Below are positions 20,327 through 29,443 of a stretch of 64,000 nt of DNA, piece by piece. The translations under genes and the position numbers were made by a program. Position 1 is the first letter of the stretch. Each line of letters opens with the position of its first letter. Source of the stretch: an uncultured bacterium (GTDB taxonomy: Bacteria; Bacillota_I; Bacilli_A; RF39; UBA660); the NCBI GenBank assembly GCA_948433885.1, contig CAOJEC010000002.1, forward strand, positions 8,976 through 72,975, written 5' to 3'. A model generated the notes under the pieces. That model had not been told where the DNA came from. It was given only the letters and a program-made list of their open reading frames with translations, and did not search any database.

Positions 20327-20842
20327 CTAATTATATTTCAAGATAGTGTCTTTTATTAAAGAATGATATTCCGTTTCACTTTTATTTTCGTCGATCGTAC
20401 ATAAAGGCGGATAAAGAACACACCACCAGTTTTCTCCTTCACCTTCGCCTAAAGTAACGACGAAAGAATCATAGTTGCCTGCTGCATAAACCAATCCTTT
20501 GAATTCCTTTTGAGGAAAATAATTATTACCTAAATTAGAACTATAATCGACGTCCAAATTGGCTTTTTTTATTTCAGATTCTATTTGAGCATCGATCTCT
20601 TCTTTATTTTTTTCGAGTGAATCCATTATGTCTTCCTCTCGATCGAGTCCATCGATAAATTCGTAAAGTTTTTCCTCGACGAAGGACTTTACTATATATT
20701 TATCCGCTTGATCTTCTTCCGAATTGGAGTTTGCAATTACTCTCATTCTAATAGAAGACGAAGGAATTTCCAAATATTCATTTTCATTACTACAAAATAC
20801 TACGATTCCTGCTATGACGATCAATAATATTAATTGCTTCAT
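20327..20842 (-). CDS. spoIIR: Stage II sporulation protein R
   Basis: Motifs IRMRVIANSNSEEDQ and NWWCVLYPPLC. It lies next to prmC-prfA, as in B. subtilis. Confidence 0.85.
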   Translation of the reverse strand: MKQLILLIVIAGIVVFCSNENEYLEIPSSSIRMRVIANSNSEEDQADKYIVKSFVEEKLYEFIDGLDREEDIMDSLEKNKEEIDAQIESEIKKANLDVDYSSNLGNNYFPQKEFKGLVYAAGNYDSFVVTLGEGEGENWWCVLYPPLCTIDENKSETEYHSLIKDTILKYN

Positions 20843-20887
20843 AATAAATCTCCCTTACACTCTTGTAATGGGAGAATTACTCATTTA

Positions 20888-21643
20888 TTATTCACAATTA
20901 TTAAAAATAAATACAAATCTATCGCGTCCTGCGTAATCTTTTTCTAAATTAACTTTTGCTCTTGGATACGATTCTTTAGCTAAATTGACTACTTCATTAC
21001 CCTGAGATGAGCCGATCTCGAAAGCCAAAATGCTTTTATTTTTCATGATCGTCTTCGACGAAGCAATTATCTTTTTATAAAATATAATTTCATCCTCTCC
21101 AGGATAAAGAGCCATCTGCGGTTCGTACCTAGTATTTGACGATACTTTTTCATCGATCCGGACATATGGAGGATTCGAGATTAGAACATCCAATTTATTA
21201 TCAAATAAATTTTCTTCGAGCACGTCCTTCAAAATAAATTCTATATTCACCCCATGTTTTATAGAATTTTCCTTCGCACACTGAAGAGCCATCTCACTTT
21301 TATCTATTGCTATTACTTTGTCCATCGGACGGCTCTTTTTGATAGCAATCGCAATGCACCCACTACCCGTACAAACATCTAAAATATGCGACTCTCCAAA
21401 AGAGTACTTTTTCATGTACTCTATTAATTTATCGACCAACAATTCAGTTTCGAATCTAGGAATCAAAACCCTTTCATCGACATCTATTTCATAACCTAAA
21501 AAATCGACGTTTCCAATGGCATACTGCACTGGATAGTCATCGTCAATTTTTTTTAAAACTCTCTCTAGTTCTTCACCTGAATATTTTTTCTTCAATAATT
21601 CGCGATCGACTCTAGTCAACTCATCATTTTCAAAATCGTTCAT
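20888..21643 (-). CDS. prmC: Release-factor glutamine N5-methyltransferase
   Basis: SAM-binding motif DVCTGSGCIAI and the NPPY motif (ISNPPYV). 4-nt overlap with prfA. Confidence 0.9.
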   Translation of the reverse strand: MNDFENDELTRVDRELLKKKYSGEELERVLKKIDDDYPVQYAIGNVDFLGYEIDVDERVLIPRFETELLVDKLIEYMKKYSFGESHILDVCTGSGCIAIAIKKSRPMDKVIAIDKSEMALQCAKENSIKHGVNIEFILKDVLEENLFDNKLDVLISNPPYVRIDEKVSSNTRYEPQMALYPGEDEIIFYKKIIASSKTIMKNKSILAFEIGSSQGNEVVNLAKESYPRAKVNLEKDYAGRDRFVFIFNNCE

Positions 21644-22698
21644 TTTTGGCCTTCCAATTTTAATCGTTGATCTTCGGTTATCAACATCTCAATTATAGAA
21701 TCCATCTTGCCATCCATGACAGCTTCCAAATCCATGACCGAATAATTTATTCTATGATCGGTTACACGATTTTGAGGATAATTGTAAGTACGTATTTTTT
21801 CCGATCTATCTCCGGTTCCGATTTTACTCTTACGTTCACGTCCCATTTCGGCTTCCTGTTTTCTAGTAATCTCGTCTTGAATTTTAATTTTCAAAAGTTT
21901 CATTGCTTGTTCTCTATTTTGAACTTGGCTTCGTTCAGTTTGACAAGTCACAACAGCTCCCGTCGGAACATGAGTCAAACGAACTGCCGAATTAGCAGTA
22001 TTTACGGATTGTCCACCTGCACCACTCGAATGATAAACGTCCATTTTGATATCGGATTCGTTTATCTCTATCGTCGCATCTTCTACTTCTGGCATAACCA
22101 AAACAGTAGCGGTAGATGTATGAACTCTTCCTTGTGTCTCCGTTGCAGGAATTCTTTGAACTCGGTGAGAACCACTCTCGTATTTCAATTTTGAATAAAC
22201 ATTTTCTCCCTTGATCATACATTCTATTTGAGAATATCCCCCACTTGATCCATCGACAGCATGAATTATCTCTATTTTCCAACCTTGCTTATCCGCATAG
22301 TAAGAATACATTCTAAACAAATCTCCTGCAAAGATGTTGGCTTCGTCTCCTCCTGCTGCTCCGCGGATTTCCATAATTATATTTTTTCCATCATTTTCAT
22401 CCTTTGGTATCAACATTATTTCCAACTCTCGAAGACAAGTTTCTTTCTTCTCTTCCAATGAAACAATCTCATCGGCGATCATCTCGGCCATATCACGATC
22501 ATTTTTCATCTTATAAAGTTCTATGAGTTCATCACAGCACTTTTTATATTCGTCGTATTTGCCGACTGTTTCTTCTAAATCGCTCTTCTGTTTAGAAAGT
22601 TCCTTCAGCCTTTGAAAATCACTTAAAACTTCCGGAGTCGCAAGTTCACGTTCCAATTCGACGTACTTTTCTTTAATTATTTTAAGTCTTTCTTCCAT
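21640..22698 (-). CDS. prfA: Peptide chain release factor 1
   Basis: GGQ motif (SGAGGQSVNT) and the RF1-type PAT tripeptide (RIPATETQGRVHTS). Confidence 0.95.
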   Translation of the reverse strand: MEERLKIIKEKYVELERELATPEVLSDFQRLKELSKQKSDLEETVGKYDEYKKCCDELIELYKMKNDRDMAEMIADEIVSLEEKKETCLRELEIMLIPKDENDGKNIIMEIRGAAGGDEANIFAGDLFRMYSYYADKQGWKIEIIHAVDGSSGGYSQIECMIKGENVYSKLKYESGSHRVQRIPATETQGRVHTSTATVLVMPEVEDATIEINESDIKMDVYHSSGAGGQSVNTANSAVRLTHVPTGAVVTCQTERSQVQNREQAMKLLKIKIQDEITRKQEAEMGRERKSKIGTGDRSEKIRTYNYPQNRVTDHRINYSVMDLEAVMDGKMDSIIEMLITEDQRLKLEGQK

Positions 22699-22719
22699 CT
22701 TGAAGGTTCCTTTCTCATT

Positions 22720-23154
22720 TTACATATTTGCTTCGTCTTCTAAATCATCGACTATAACTAAATCGGATAAATCGTCATCATCGACGTCGTCATCTTCGGA
22801 TTTATCGGTATCTTCATCGAACATATCATCCTCTTGATTGACATCATCATCTTCGAGAACGATGTCATCGTCCTCTTCATCATCTTCGAAAGTTTCCATT
22901 CCTTTATTATGTTTTATTTTCAAATCCCAATTCCCATCTTCCAACATGATAAATCTCTTATCGGTACTGAGTAGTTCAAAAAAATCCGCGATATGTTCAG
23001 CATACTCGCTTTCATCCATTTCCAAAATTTTTCCTACTTCAGCAAATAAATCGTTGATCTTCATTTTTTTGCCATTTTCCGCGAGAATGATATGAGCTAT
23101 ATCATTGTAATTCATCAATTCGGCCTCTTCTAAACTCAAGTTAATTTTTTTCAT
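22720..23154 (-). CDS. rpoE: RNA polymerase delta subunit
   Basis: N-terminal HARE-HTH-like domain followed by a long D/E-rich acidic tail. Confidence 0.8.
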   Translation of the reverse strand: MKKINLSLEEAELMNYNDIAHIILAENGKKMKINDLFAEVGKILEMDESEYAEHIADFFELLSTDKRFIMLEDGNWDLKIKHNKGMETFEDDEEDDDIVLEDDDVNQEDDMFDEDTDKSEDDDVDDDDLSDLVIVDDLEDEANM

Positions 23155-23273
23155 AACACGATTCCTCCATCACGCCTATTATTATATGCTATTGATACAC
23201 AGTTGATATGTGTATCTCGATAACTCGTACCAAATTATTACATATAATCTTTTCTATGTCAACATAATAATCG

Positions 23274-23621
23274 TCATAATATAAATTTTATCGTTTTCCT
23301 CTTGTCGGTGTCACTTTCTAATGCATATTCTATTACAAATTCCGAGTCTTTTTTACAAAATTTGTAATGATCTACTCTCACTTTAAAATGACCTTCGACA
23401 CCAGTTAATGTTACTAGACATTCATTATCCCTAAGTAAAAATTCTTCTTCCAAAGTAATTCTTCTAAATTCGATATTGTCATCGAGTTTTACTTTATATA
23501 TCACGTTGTCCAATGTGAAGACAATATATTCATCTTCTTTTGTATAATTTAAATCTGTATCGTAGTAAACTTTTTCCTCATCAAAGAACTCAAAATGAAT
23601 TTTTTTCATAAAACACCTCAT
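23274..23621 (-). CDS. Small hypothetical protein, possibly DUF1934/YwiB-like beta-barrel
   Basis: ORF only. The resemblance to the family is weak and recalled from memory. Confidence 0.4.
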   Translation of the reverse strand: MRCFMKKIHFEFFDEEKVYYDTDLNYTKEDEYIVFTLDNVIYKVKLDDNIEFRRITLEEEFLLRDNECLVTLTGVEGHFKVRVDHYKFCKKDSEFVIEYALESDTDKRKTIKFIL

Positions 23622-23660
23622 AAAACTGGCATCATTATATCATAATAAACTTGAAAGAAA

Positions 23661-25598
23661 GTGATTATTATAAAAAAATTCTTGAAAACAAGTTTAAAAG
23701 TTTTTCTCATTTTAACAGTATTGGGAGTATTGACTATCGGAGGACTGTACTTCTATGCTTTTTGTTCTCCCAAAATTGCCATAAAAACTAACGGTAAATA
23801 CTACATCTACGATCAAGAAAACGAACTCGTTTATCAAGGGTCTAGTTCTAGTGAATGGGTCGCCTTCGACGATATCTCGGATAATTTAAAAAATGCCATC
23901 GTATCCGTAGAAGACAAAAACTTCTATAAACATCAAGGATTCGATTACTTGAGAATCGCCAAATCTTTGATAAACAACTTTCGCACCAAAAGTCGATCGG
24001 AAGGTGCTTCGACGATCAGCATGCAATATGTAAAAAATATGTATCTCACGTTCGATAAAACATGGAAGCGAAAAATAGAAGAAGCTTTTCTAACTTTAGA
24101 ATTGGAAGTACACTATTCGAAGGAAGAAATTTTAGAAGGATATCTTAATACCATAAATTTTGGACAAGGAAACTTTGGTATACAAGATGCTTCACTTTAT
24201 TATTTCAACAAAGATGCTGGCGATTTGACTTTGGAAGAAGCCTGTATTTTAGCCGCCATACCGAAAAGTCCCGGATACTATAATCCTGTATCCGACTACG
24301 ACTTATCTATACATCGTGCCAAATTGGTCGCAAGTACGATGGTGACTAATGGATATATTACAGAAGAAGAGAAAGAAGAACTATTCCAAGAACCGATCGA
24401 GATATATGGTAAACGTGACAAGAACAATTTGAATACTTTGATGTATTATCAAGATGCCGTAATTGCCGAACTTTCGTCGCTTTCGAACATTCCAAAATCT
24501 GTCATCGATTCTGGTGGATTAAAAATATACACAACTCTCGACATCGAAAAACAAAGAGCTCTTGAAGATGCCGTAAAAACGAATATGCTGACCGACGAAA
24601 CTCAAATTGCATCGGTCTACGTCGATCCAAAAACAGGTGCTGTCGAAGCTTTGGTCGGCGGACGAGATTATAGCACAAGTCAATTTAATCGAGTAACACA
24701 ATCGAAAAGACAAGTTGGTTCGACGATCAAACCTTTTCTATATTATTCTGCTTTGAGTAACGGAATGACTATGGCTTCAACTTTCAGAAGTGAACCTACT
24801 ACTTTTACTTTATCTAATAACAATACATATAGTCCTAATAATTACGGAAACTATTATGCAAATAAAAATATAACCATGGCCGCTGCGTTGGCATATTCGG
24901 ACAACGTTTACGCCGTCAAAACGCACATTTTTCTAGGAGAAGACAATCTAGTCGATACTATGAAATCGATGGGACTCAAAGAAGAACTTTCTGCCATTCC
25001 ATCTTTACCTTTGGGGACTATAGAACTGAATATGTTAGATTATGTCAAAGCCTATACTACATTGGCAAGCGGAGGATACGAAAGAGATATTCATTTCATA
25101 CGACGTGTCGAAGACATGAATGGAAACTTGATTTACGAAAGAAAAGATACCGACGAACTCATACTAAACTACAATTATGTTTTCATCACCAATCAAATGT
25201 TGACGAATACTTACAATCCTGAATTTATAGATTATATAAATCCGACAGTCATTACGATGAAAGGTCGTCTTTCGAGAGATTATGCCATCAAGACAGGTAC
25301 CACTGACACAGACAACTGGATAGTCGGTTACAATCCGGATGCACTTCTCATGATATGGACAGGAAATGATAATGGGCTATCCACACCGGGATATGCCAAA
25401 GTAGTAAAAGATATATGGGCGGACACGATAGAAACGACTCTCAAGGACGTTCCACCATCTTGGTATGAAATGCCCAAAAATGTAATAGGCCTACCTCTTT
25501 CACCTGTGACTGGAGAATTTGTCAAAAACGGAAAAAATTCTATGTACTATTTCGTAAAGGGAACCGAACCACAAATATATTTAGAAGCCTCTCGTTGA
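23661..25598 (+). CDS. Class A penicillin-binding protein (glycosyltransferase plus transpeptidase)
   Basis: GT51 motifs EDKNFYKHQGFD and GASTISMQ. Transpeptidase motifs STIKP, SDN and KTGTT. N-terminal TM anchor. Confidence 0.9.
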   Translation: MIIIKKFLKTSLKVFLILTVLGVLTIGGLYFYAFCSPKIAIKTNGKYYIYDQENELVYQGSSSSEWVAFDDISDNLKNAIVSVEDKNFYKHQGFDYLRIAKSLINNFRTKSRSEGASTISMQYVKNMYLTFDKTWKRKIEEAFLTLELEVHYSKEEILEGYLNTINFGQGNFGIQDASLYYFNKDAGDLTLEEACILAAIPKSPGYYNPVSDYDLSIHRAKLVASTMVTNGYITEEEKEELFQEPIEIYGKRDKNNLNTLMYYQDAVIAELSSLSNIPKSVIDSGGLKIYTTLDIEKQRALEDAVKTNMLTDETQIASVYVDPKTGAVEALVGGRDYSTSQFNRVTQSKRQVGSTIKPFLYYSALSNGMTMASTFRSEPTTFTLSNNNTYSPNNYGNYYANKNITMAAALAYSDNVYAVKTHIFLGEDNLVDTMKSMGLKEELSAIPSLPLGTIELNMLDYVKAYTTLASGGYERDIHFIRRVEDMNGNLIYERKDTDELILNYNYVFITNQMLTNTYNPEFIDYINPTVITMKGRLSRDYAIKTGTTDTDNWIVGYNPDALLMIWTGNDNGLSTPGYAKVVKDIWADTIETTLKDVPPSWYEMPKNVIGLPLSPVTGEFVKNGKNSMYYFVKGTEPQIYLEASR

Positions 25599-25608
25599 GA
25601 GGTTTTTT
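25588..25608 (+). terminator. Rho-independent terminator of the PBP gene
   Basis: CCTCTC-gtt-GAGAGG followed by T6. Confidence 0.6.
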
Positions 25609-25611
25609 ATA

Positions 25612-25639
25612 TAAAAAAATGTAGAAACCATTTCTACAT
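25612..25639 (-). terminator. Rho-independent terminator of noc, convergent with the PBP terminator
   Basis: 9-bp stem ATGTAGAAA / TTTCTACAT with a 3-nt loop, followed by a T-run on the minus strand. Confidence 0.65.
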
Positions 25640-25648
25640 CATTAAATT

Positions 25649-26818
25649 TTATTTATCCTTTTTGATCTTGACGACTATCTGATACATATCTTCAAAATCG
25701 TATTCTTCCATTTCTACACGGAAACCATTTTGCTCAGCTCCTCGGACTGCGCCTCTTATACTGTTAATTTGATCTCCTATATTCTTACTCGAATCCTGAG
25801 TTTCCACCGTAGCACTCGGACCTCCGAACATTGAATCCATATTTTGATTTAAAGGTGTAGTATTAGGAGGAACGATATCACCAAACATATCAAAAGTTTC
25901 TATCGTCTCAGGCTCACTAACTGAAACATTCAGACTTGGATCCACGGGTGTAATTTGATTTGCATCTTGCTGTGGAGCTCCTACTTGCTCGCCTGTAAAA
26001 GGATTGAAACTTACAGGTGGCACGAATTCTTCCTCTCCTATTGTCAAATTAGGAGCACTAGTTTCCAAATCCGTTGGTGGTTCCATAGCAAAACCAAAAA
26101 GATTTTTTGTCGCTTGATTTTGTCCACTGACAGTTGTATCCATTTCATTCATATTGTTCATTTCTACACGTGCGCCTCCTGTCGAAGATTCTGCTGCACT
26201 TAGAGCGGCAGCTACTCCTTGTGACATTTTCTTTATTTCATTATCTAACTGTTTGACCGTCAACCTCTCTTTTACGATTCGGTTCAACATTTTCTTTTGA
26301 TCGTCAGGATTGGCGATTTGCAACAAACTGCGAGCATGACGTTCACTTATTTGTTCGTTCAAAAGAGCATTTTGAACTTCATCACAAAGATTTAGAAGTC
26401 TCAACTTATTTGCAATAGTCGGCTGTGATACGCCCAATTTTTTTGCAAGTTCATCTTGAGTTATATAACCTCTTTGCAACAAATTCTTATAACTCTGAGC
26501 TTCTTCGATACTAGAAAGATTTTTTCGCTGTATGTTTTCGATCAACGCAATCTCGGCACTTTCATTATCGGTAAGTTCACGTACAATAGCAGGTACTTTT
26601 TTTAATCCTGCCATACATGAAGCCTTGTACCTACGTTCTCCAGCAATTATTTCATACTTATTTCCGACTTTGCGGAGCACTAAAGGCTGTATGACCCCAT
26701 GCACTTTTATCGAATCGGATAGTTCTTGTAATGCCTTTTCATCGAAAGTAAGCCTAGGCTGAAATCTATTAGGAATAATATCTTCGACAAATATTTCTTG
26801 CACTTGTTCATTATTCAT
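25649..26818 (-). CDS. noc: ParB-family protein in the noc position (Noc-like), with a ~150-aa low-complexity insert and a short N-terminus
   Basis: ParB N-domain (IIPNRFQPR, GERRYKA). The HTH region SQPTIANKLRLLNL...ISERHARSL resembles B. subtilis Noc rather than Spo0J. The C-terminal end INSIRGAV...FRVEMEEYDFEDMYQIVVKIKK resembles the Noc C-terminus. It lies directly downstream of rsmG. Confidence 0.8.
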   Translation of the reverse strand: MNNEQVQEIFVEDIIPNRFQPRLTFDEKALQELSDSIKVHGVIQPLVLRKVGNKYEIIAGERRYKASCMAGLKKVPAIVRELTDNESAEIALIENIQRKNLSSIEEAQSYKNLLQRGYITQDELAKKLGVSQPTIANKLRLLNLCDEVQNALLNEQISERHARSLLQIANPDDQKKMLNRIVKERLTVKQLDNEIKKMSQGVAAALSAAESSTGGARVEMNNMNEMDTTVSGQNQATKNLFGFAMEPPTDLETSAPNLTIGEEEFVPPVSFNPFTGEQVGAPQQDANQITPVDPSLNVSVSEPETIETFDMFGDIVPPNTTPLNQNMDSMFGGPSATVETQDSSKNIGDQINSIRGAVRGAEQNGFRVEMEEYDFEDMYQIVVKIKKDK

Positions 26819-26868
26819 CTTCAGTTGCCCCTTTACTTTATTCTTTTACTTATACTAAGTTTACTTTA

Positions 26869-27588
26869 TTATTGCAATTTTTGCAATGGTTTTTTCGATA
26901 TTTTATCAAATGATCGTGGATATTCATCGGGAGTTTTACACTTTTTATTTACGAATACGAACGATCTTGATGCATTTTTAACTGGCAACAATGTCTCGAC
27001 AACTCTAGTGACGTCACCACCGAGAGTCTCGATTGCGTAAATTCCATTTTCCAAAGTTGGATCTAATACTCCTTTATACGGGATGAACATTCCACCTTCT
27101 TTGACGAAGGGAATTGATAGTTCTGCCAAAGTAGGCATGGCTGTCACAGCGCGAGACGTGACTATATCGAAACTTTCTCTTTTCTTAGAATTATATTTCT
27201 CAGCACGATCATTTATGACAACATAATCCAATTTCAAAACATCTTTGAGTTTCGTCAAAAAATCCGTTTTCTTTCCATTTGAATCCAATAAGGTAATATC
27301 GATATTTGGAAAACAAATCTTCAATGGCACCCCTGGAAATCCTGCTCCTGATCCAATATCGAGGACTGTTTTTCCACTTATATCGAAATACTTCGTCATC
27401 AAAACTGAATCATAAAAATGAGTTAGATAAACATCTTCGATCGTTTTGATTGCTGTCAAATTGGTATGTGAATTGTAATCCAAAAGAAATTCAGCATATT
27501 TTTTAAACTGTTTCTTTTGATCTTTCGACAACTCGATTCCAAGTTCTTTCAATGATTTGACAAATTCTTTTTCACTCATTTTTTCCAT
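26869..27588 (-). CDS. rsmG: 16S rRNA (guanine527-N7)-methyltransferase
   Basis: GidB-family sequence (DIGSGAGFPGVPLKI), downstream of mnmG. Confidence 0.9.
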   Translation of the reverse strand: MEKMSEKEFVKSLKELGIELSKDQKKQFKKYAEFLLDYNSHTNLTAIKTIEDVYLTHFYDSVLMTKYFDISGKTVLDIGSGAGFPGVPLKICFPNIDITLLDSNGKKTDFLTKLKDVLKLDYVVINDRAEKYNSKKRESFDIVTSRAVTAMPTLAELSIPFVKEGGMFIPYKGVLDPTLENGIYAIETLGGDVTRVVETLLPVKNASRSFVFVNKKCKTPDEYPRSFDKISKKPLQKLQ

Positions 27589-29437
27589 ATTCCTTTCTCA
27601 AATAAACTGCTAAAATCGAAATATCAGCCGGATTGACTCCACTTATACGACTTGCTTGTGCAATAGTTCTAGGTCGTATTGCCTCCAATTTCTGTCTTGC
27701 CTCACTCGCCAAGTTGTAAACTTTTCCATAATCTATATCATCAGGAATTTGTTTACTCTCGAGTTTGATCAATTTTTCAGCGTCTTTATATGTTTTGACA
27801 ATGTACCCTTCGTATTTGACATCTATCGATACCTCTTCGAAAACGTCGCCATTGATATCTTTCAAATTTGGACATACTTCGAATAAAACATCTTTAGTAA
27901 TATCAGGTCTCTTCATCAGCTCTTCGACACTCATCGTTCTAGCATTCTCGACATATTGCTCTAAAATTTCTTTCGATACCTTCATCTTTTTGATTTCATT
28001 TTTCAACGTCTCGATTCCGGCAACTTTCTCATCTAATTTCTTCTTTTGATCGTCATCGATGAGGCCACATTCATACCCATAATTGCGCAATCTCAAATCA
28101 GCATTATCGTGCCTCAAAATCAACCTAAATTCTGCTCTAGAAGTCAACATGCGATAAGGTTCGATCGTACCTTTGGTCACCAAGTCATCGATAAGAACTC
28201 CTATATAAGATTCGTTCCTCTTTAGAATTAATGGTTCGAATCCTCTCAGCTTCTTCGAAGCATTGATGCCGGCAACTATTCCTTGGCCTGCAGCTTCCTC
28301 GTAACCACTCGTTCCATTAATTTGTCCCGCGGTGAAAAGTCCTTCGATTAATTTAGATTCCAAAGAAGGCATAATCTGCAAAGGATCGATCGCATCGTAT
28401 TCTATGGCATAAGCATATTCCAAAATTTTTGCATTTTCCAGCCCTTCCAAACTATGTACCATTTTTTCCTGAACATCTACAGGCATAGATGTCGAAAAGC
28501 CTTGCAAATATAGTGCATCGTAATAAGCACTGCCAACTTCCATACTTTGTGGTTCTAAAAACAAAATGTGTTTTTCCTTATCGGCAAATTTTACAATTTT
28601 ATCTTCGATACTTGGGCAATATCTAGGTCCTATTCCACTTACATAGCCACCATACATTGCTGACTTAGAAAGATTTTCTCTTATAATATTATGTGTATTT
28701 TTATTAGTATAAATTAGATAACATTTTTCTTGCTTATGAACATCGTAAGTACTATCTCCATCGAAACTGAAATGCCATTTTTCTTCGTCGCCGAGTTCTT
28801 CCTTCATTTTAGAAAAATCACAACTTTTAGCATCGATTCTCGGCGGTGTTCCCGTTTTAAGTCTAATTATTTTGAAACCCAACTTTGCTAAATTATCACT
28901 TAAATTGTCGGATCTTTTCTCACCGTGTGGTCCTTCCGAAATCTTTTCGCTTCCTCTCAATATTTCACTTTTGAGATACGTTCCAGTCGTCAAGATCAAC
29001 ACTTCACATTCGATCTTAGTCCCATCTTTCAAAATGACTCCACCTATTTTATTATCATCGACTATTATGTCTTCGACGATATTTTCCATCACGGTAAGGT
29101 TTGGTAATTTTAAAAGAGTTTCTTGCATAGCTCTTGGGTACGATTCCTTATCTGCTTGAGCTCTCAAACATCTGACAGCAGGTCCCTTGCTACCGTTTAA
29201 CATCTTCATCTGCAAAGTAGATCGATCGGCAATTTTTCCCATCAATCCACCTAATGCGTCTATTTCTCGAACTATTACACCTTTTGAAGTACCGCCGATA
29301 GATGGATTACAAGGCATATCTCCGATATTTTTGATATTTCCTGTTATCAATAAAGTCTCATGACCAATTTTACTCGTCGCATGTGCTGCTTCTATACCAG
29401 CATGTCCTCCGCCGACTACTATCACTTCATACTTCAT
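27572..29437 (-). CDS. mnmG: tRNA uridine 5-carboxymethylaminomethyl modification enzyme
   Basis: FAD-binding N-terminus (VIVVGGGHAGIEAA) and full-length GidA similarity. Confidence 0.95.
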   Translation of the reverse strand: MKYEVIVVGGGHAGIEAAHATSKIGHETLLITGNIKNIGDMPCNPSIGGTSKGVIVREIDALGGLMGKIADRSTLQMKMLNGSKGPAVRCLRAQADKESYPRAMQETLLKLPNLTVMENIVEDIIVDDNKIGGVILKDGTKIECEVLILTTGTYLKSEILRGSEKISEGPHGEKRSDNLSDNLAKLGFKIIRLKTGTPPRIDAKSCDFSKMKEELGDEEKWHFSFDGDSTYDVHKQEKCYLIYTNKNTHNIIRENLSKSAMYGGYVSGIGPRYCPSIEDKIVKFADKEKHILFLEPQSMEVGSAYYDALYLQGFSTSMPVDVQEKMVHSLEGLENAKILEYAYAIEYDAIDPLQIMPSLESKLIEGLFTAGQINGTSGYEEAAGQGIVAGINASKKLRGFEPLILKRNESYIGVLIDDLVTKGTIEPYRMLTSRAEFRLILRHDNADLRLRNYGYECGLIDDDQKKKLDEKVAGIETLKNEIKKMKVSKEILEQYVENARTMSVEELMKRPDITKDVLFEVCPNLKDINGDVFEEVSIDVKYEGYIVKTYKDAEKLIKLESKQIPDDIDYGKVYNLASEARQKLEAIRPRTIAQASRISGVNPADISILAVYLRKEYGKNE

Positions 29438-29443
29438 TATGTA

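Noticed and set aside
21667-22516. Several plus- and minus-strand ORFs of 60-175 aa overlapping prfA
   Set aside because: They overlap a highly conserved RF1 coding sequence in other frames and resemble no protein family.
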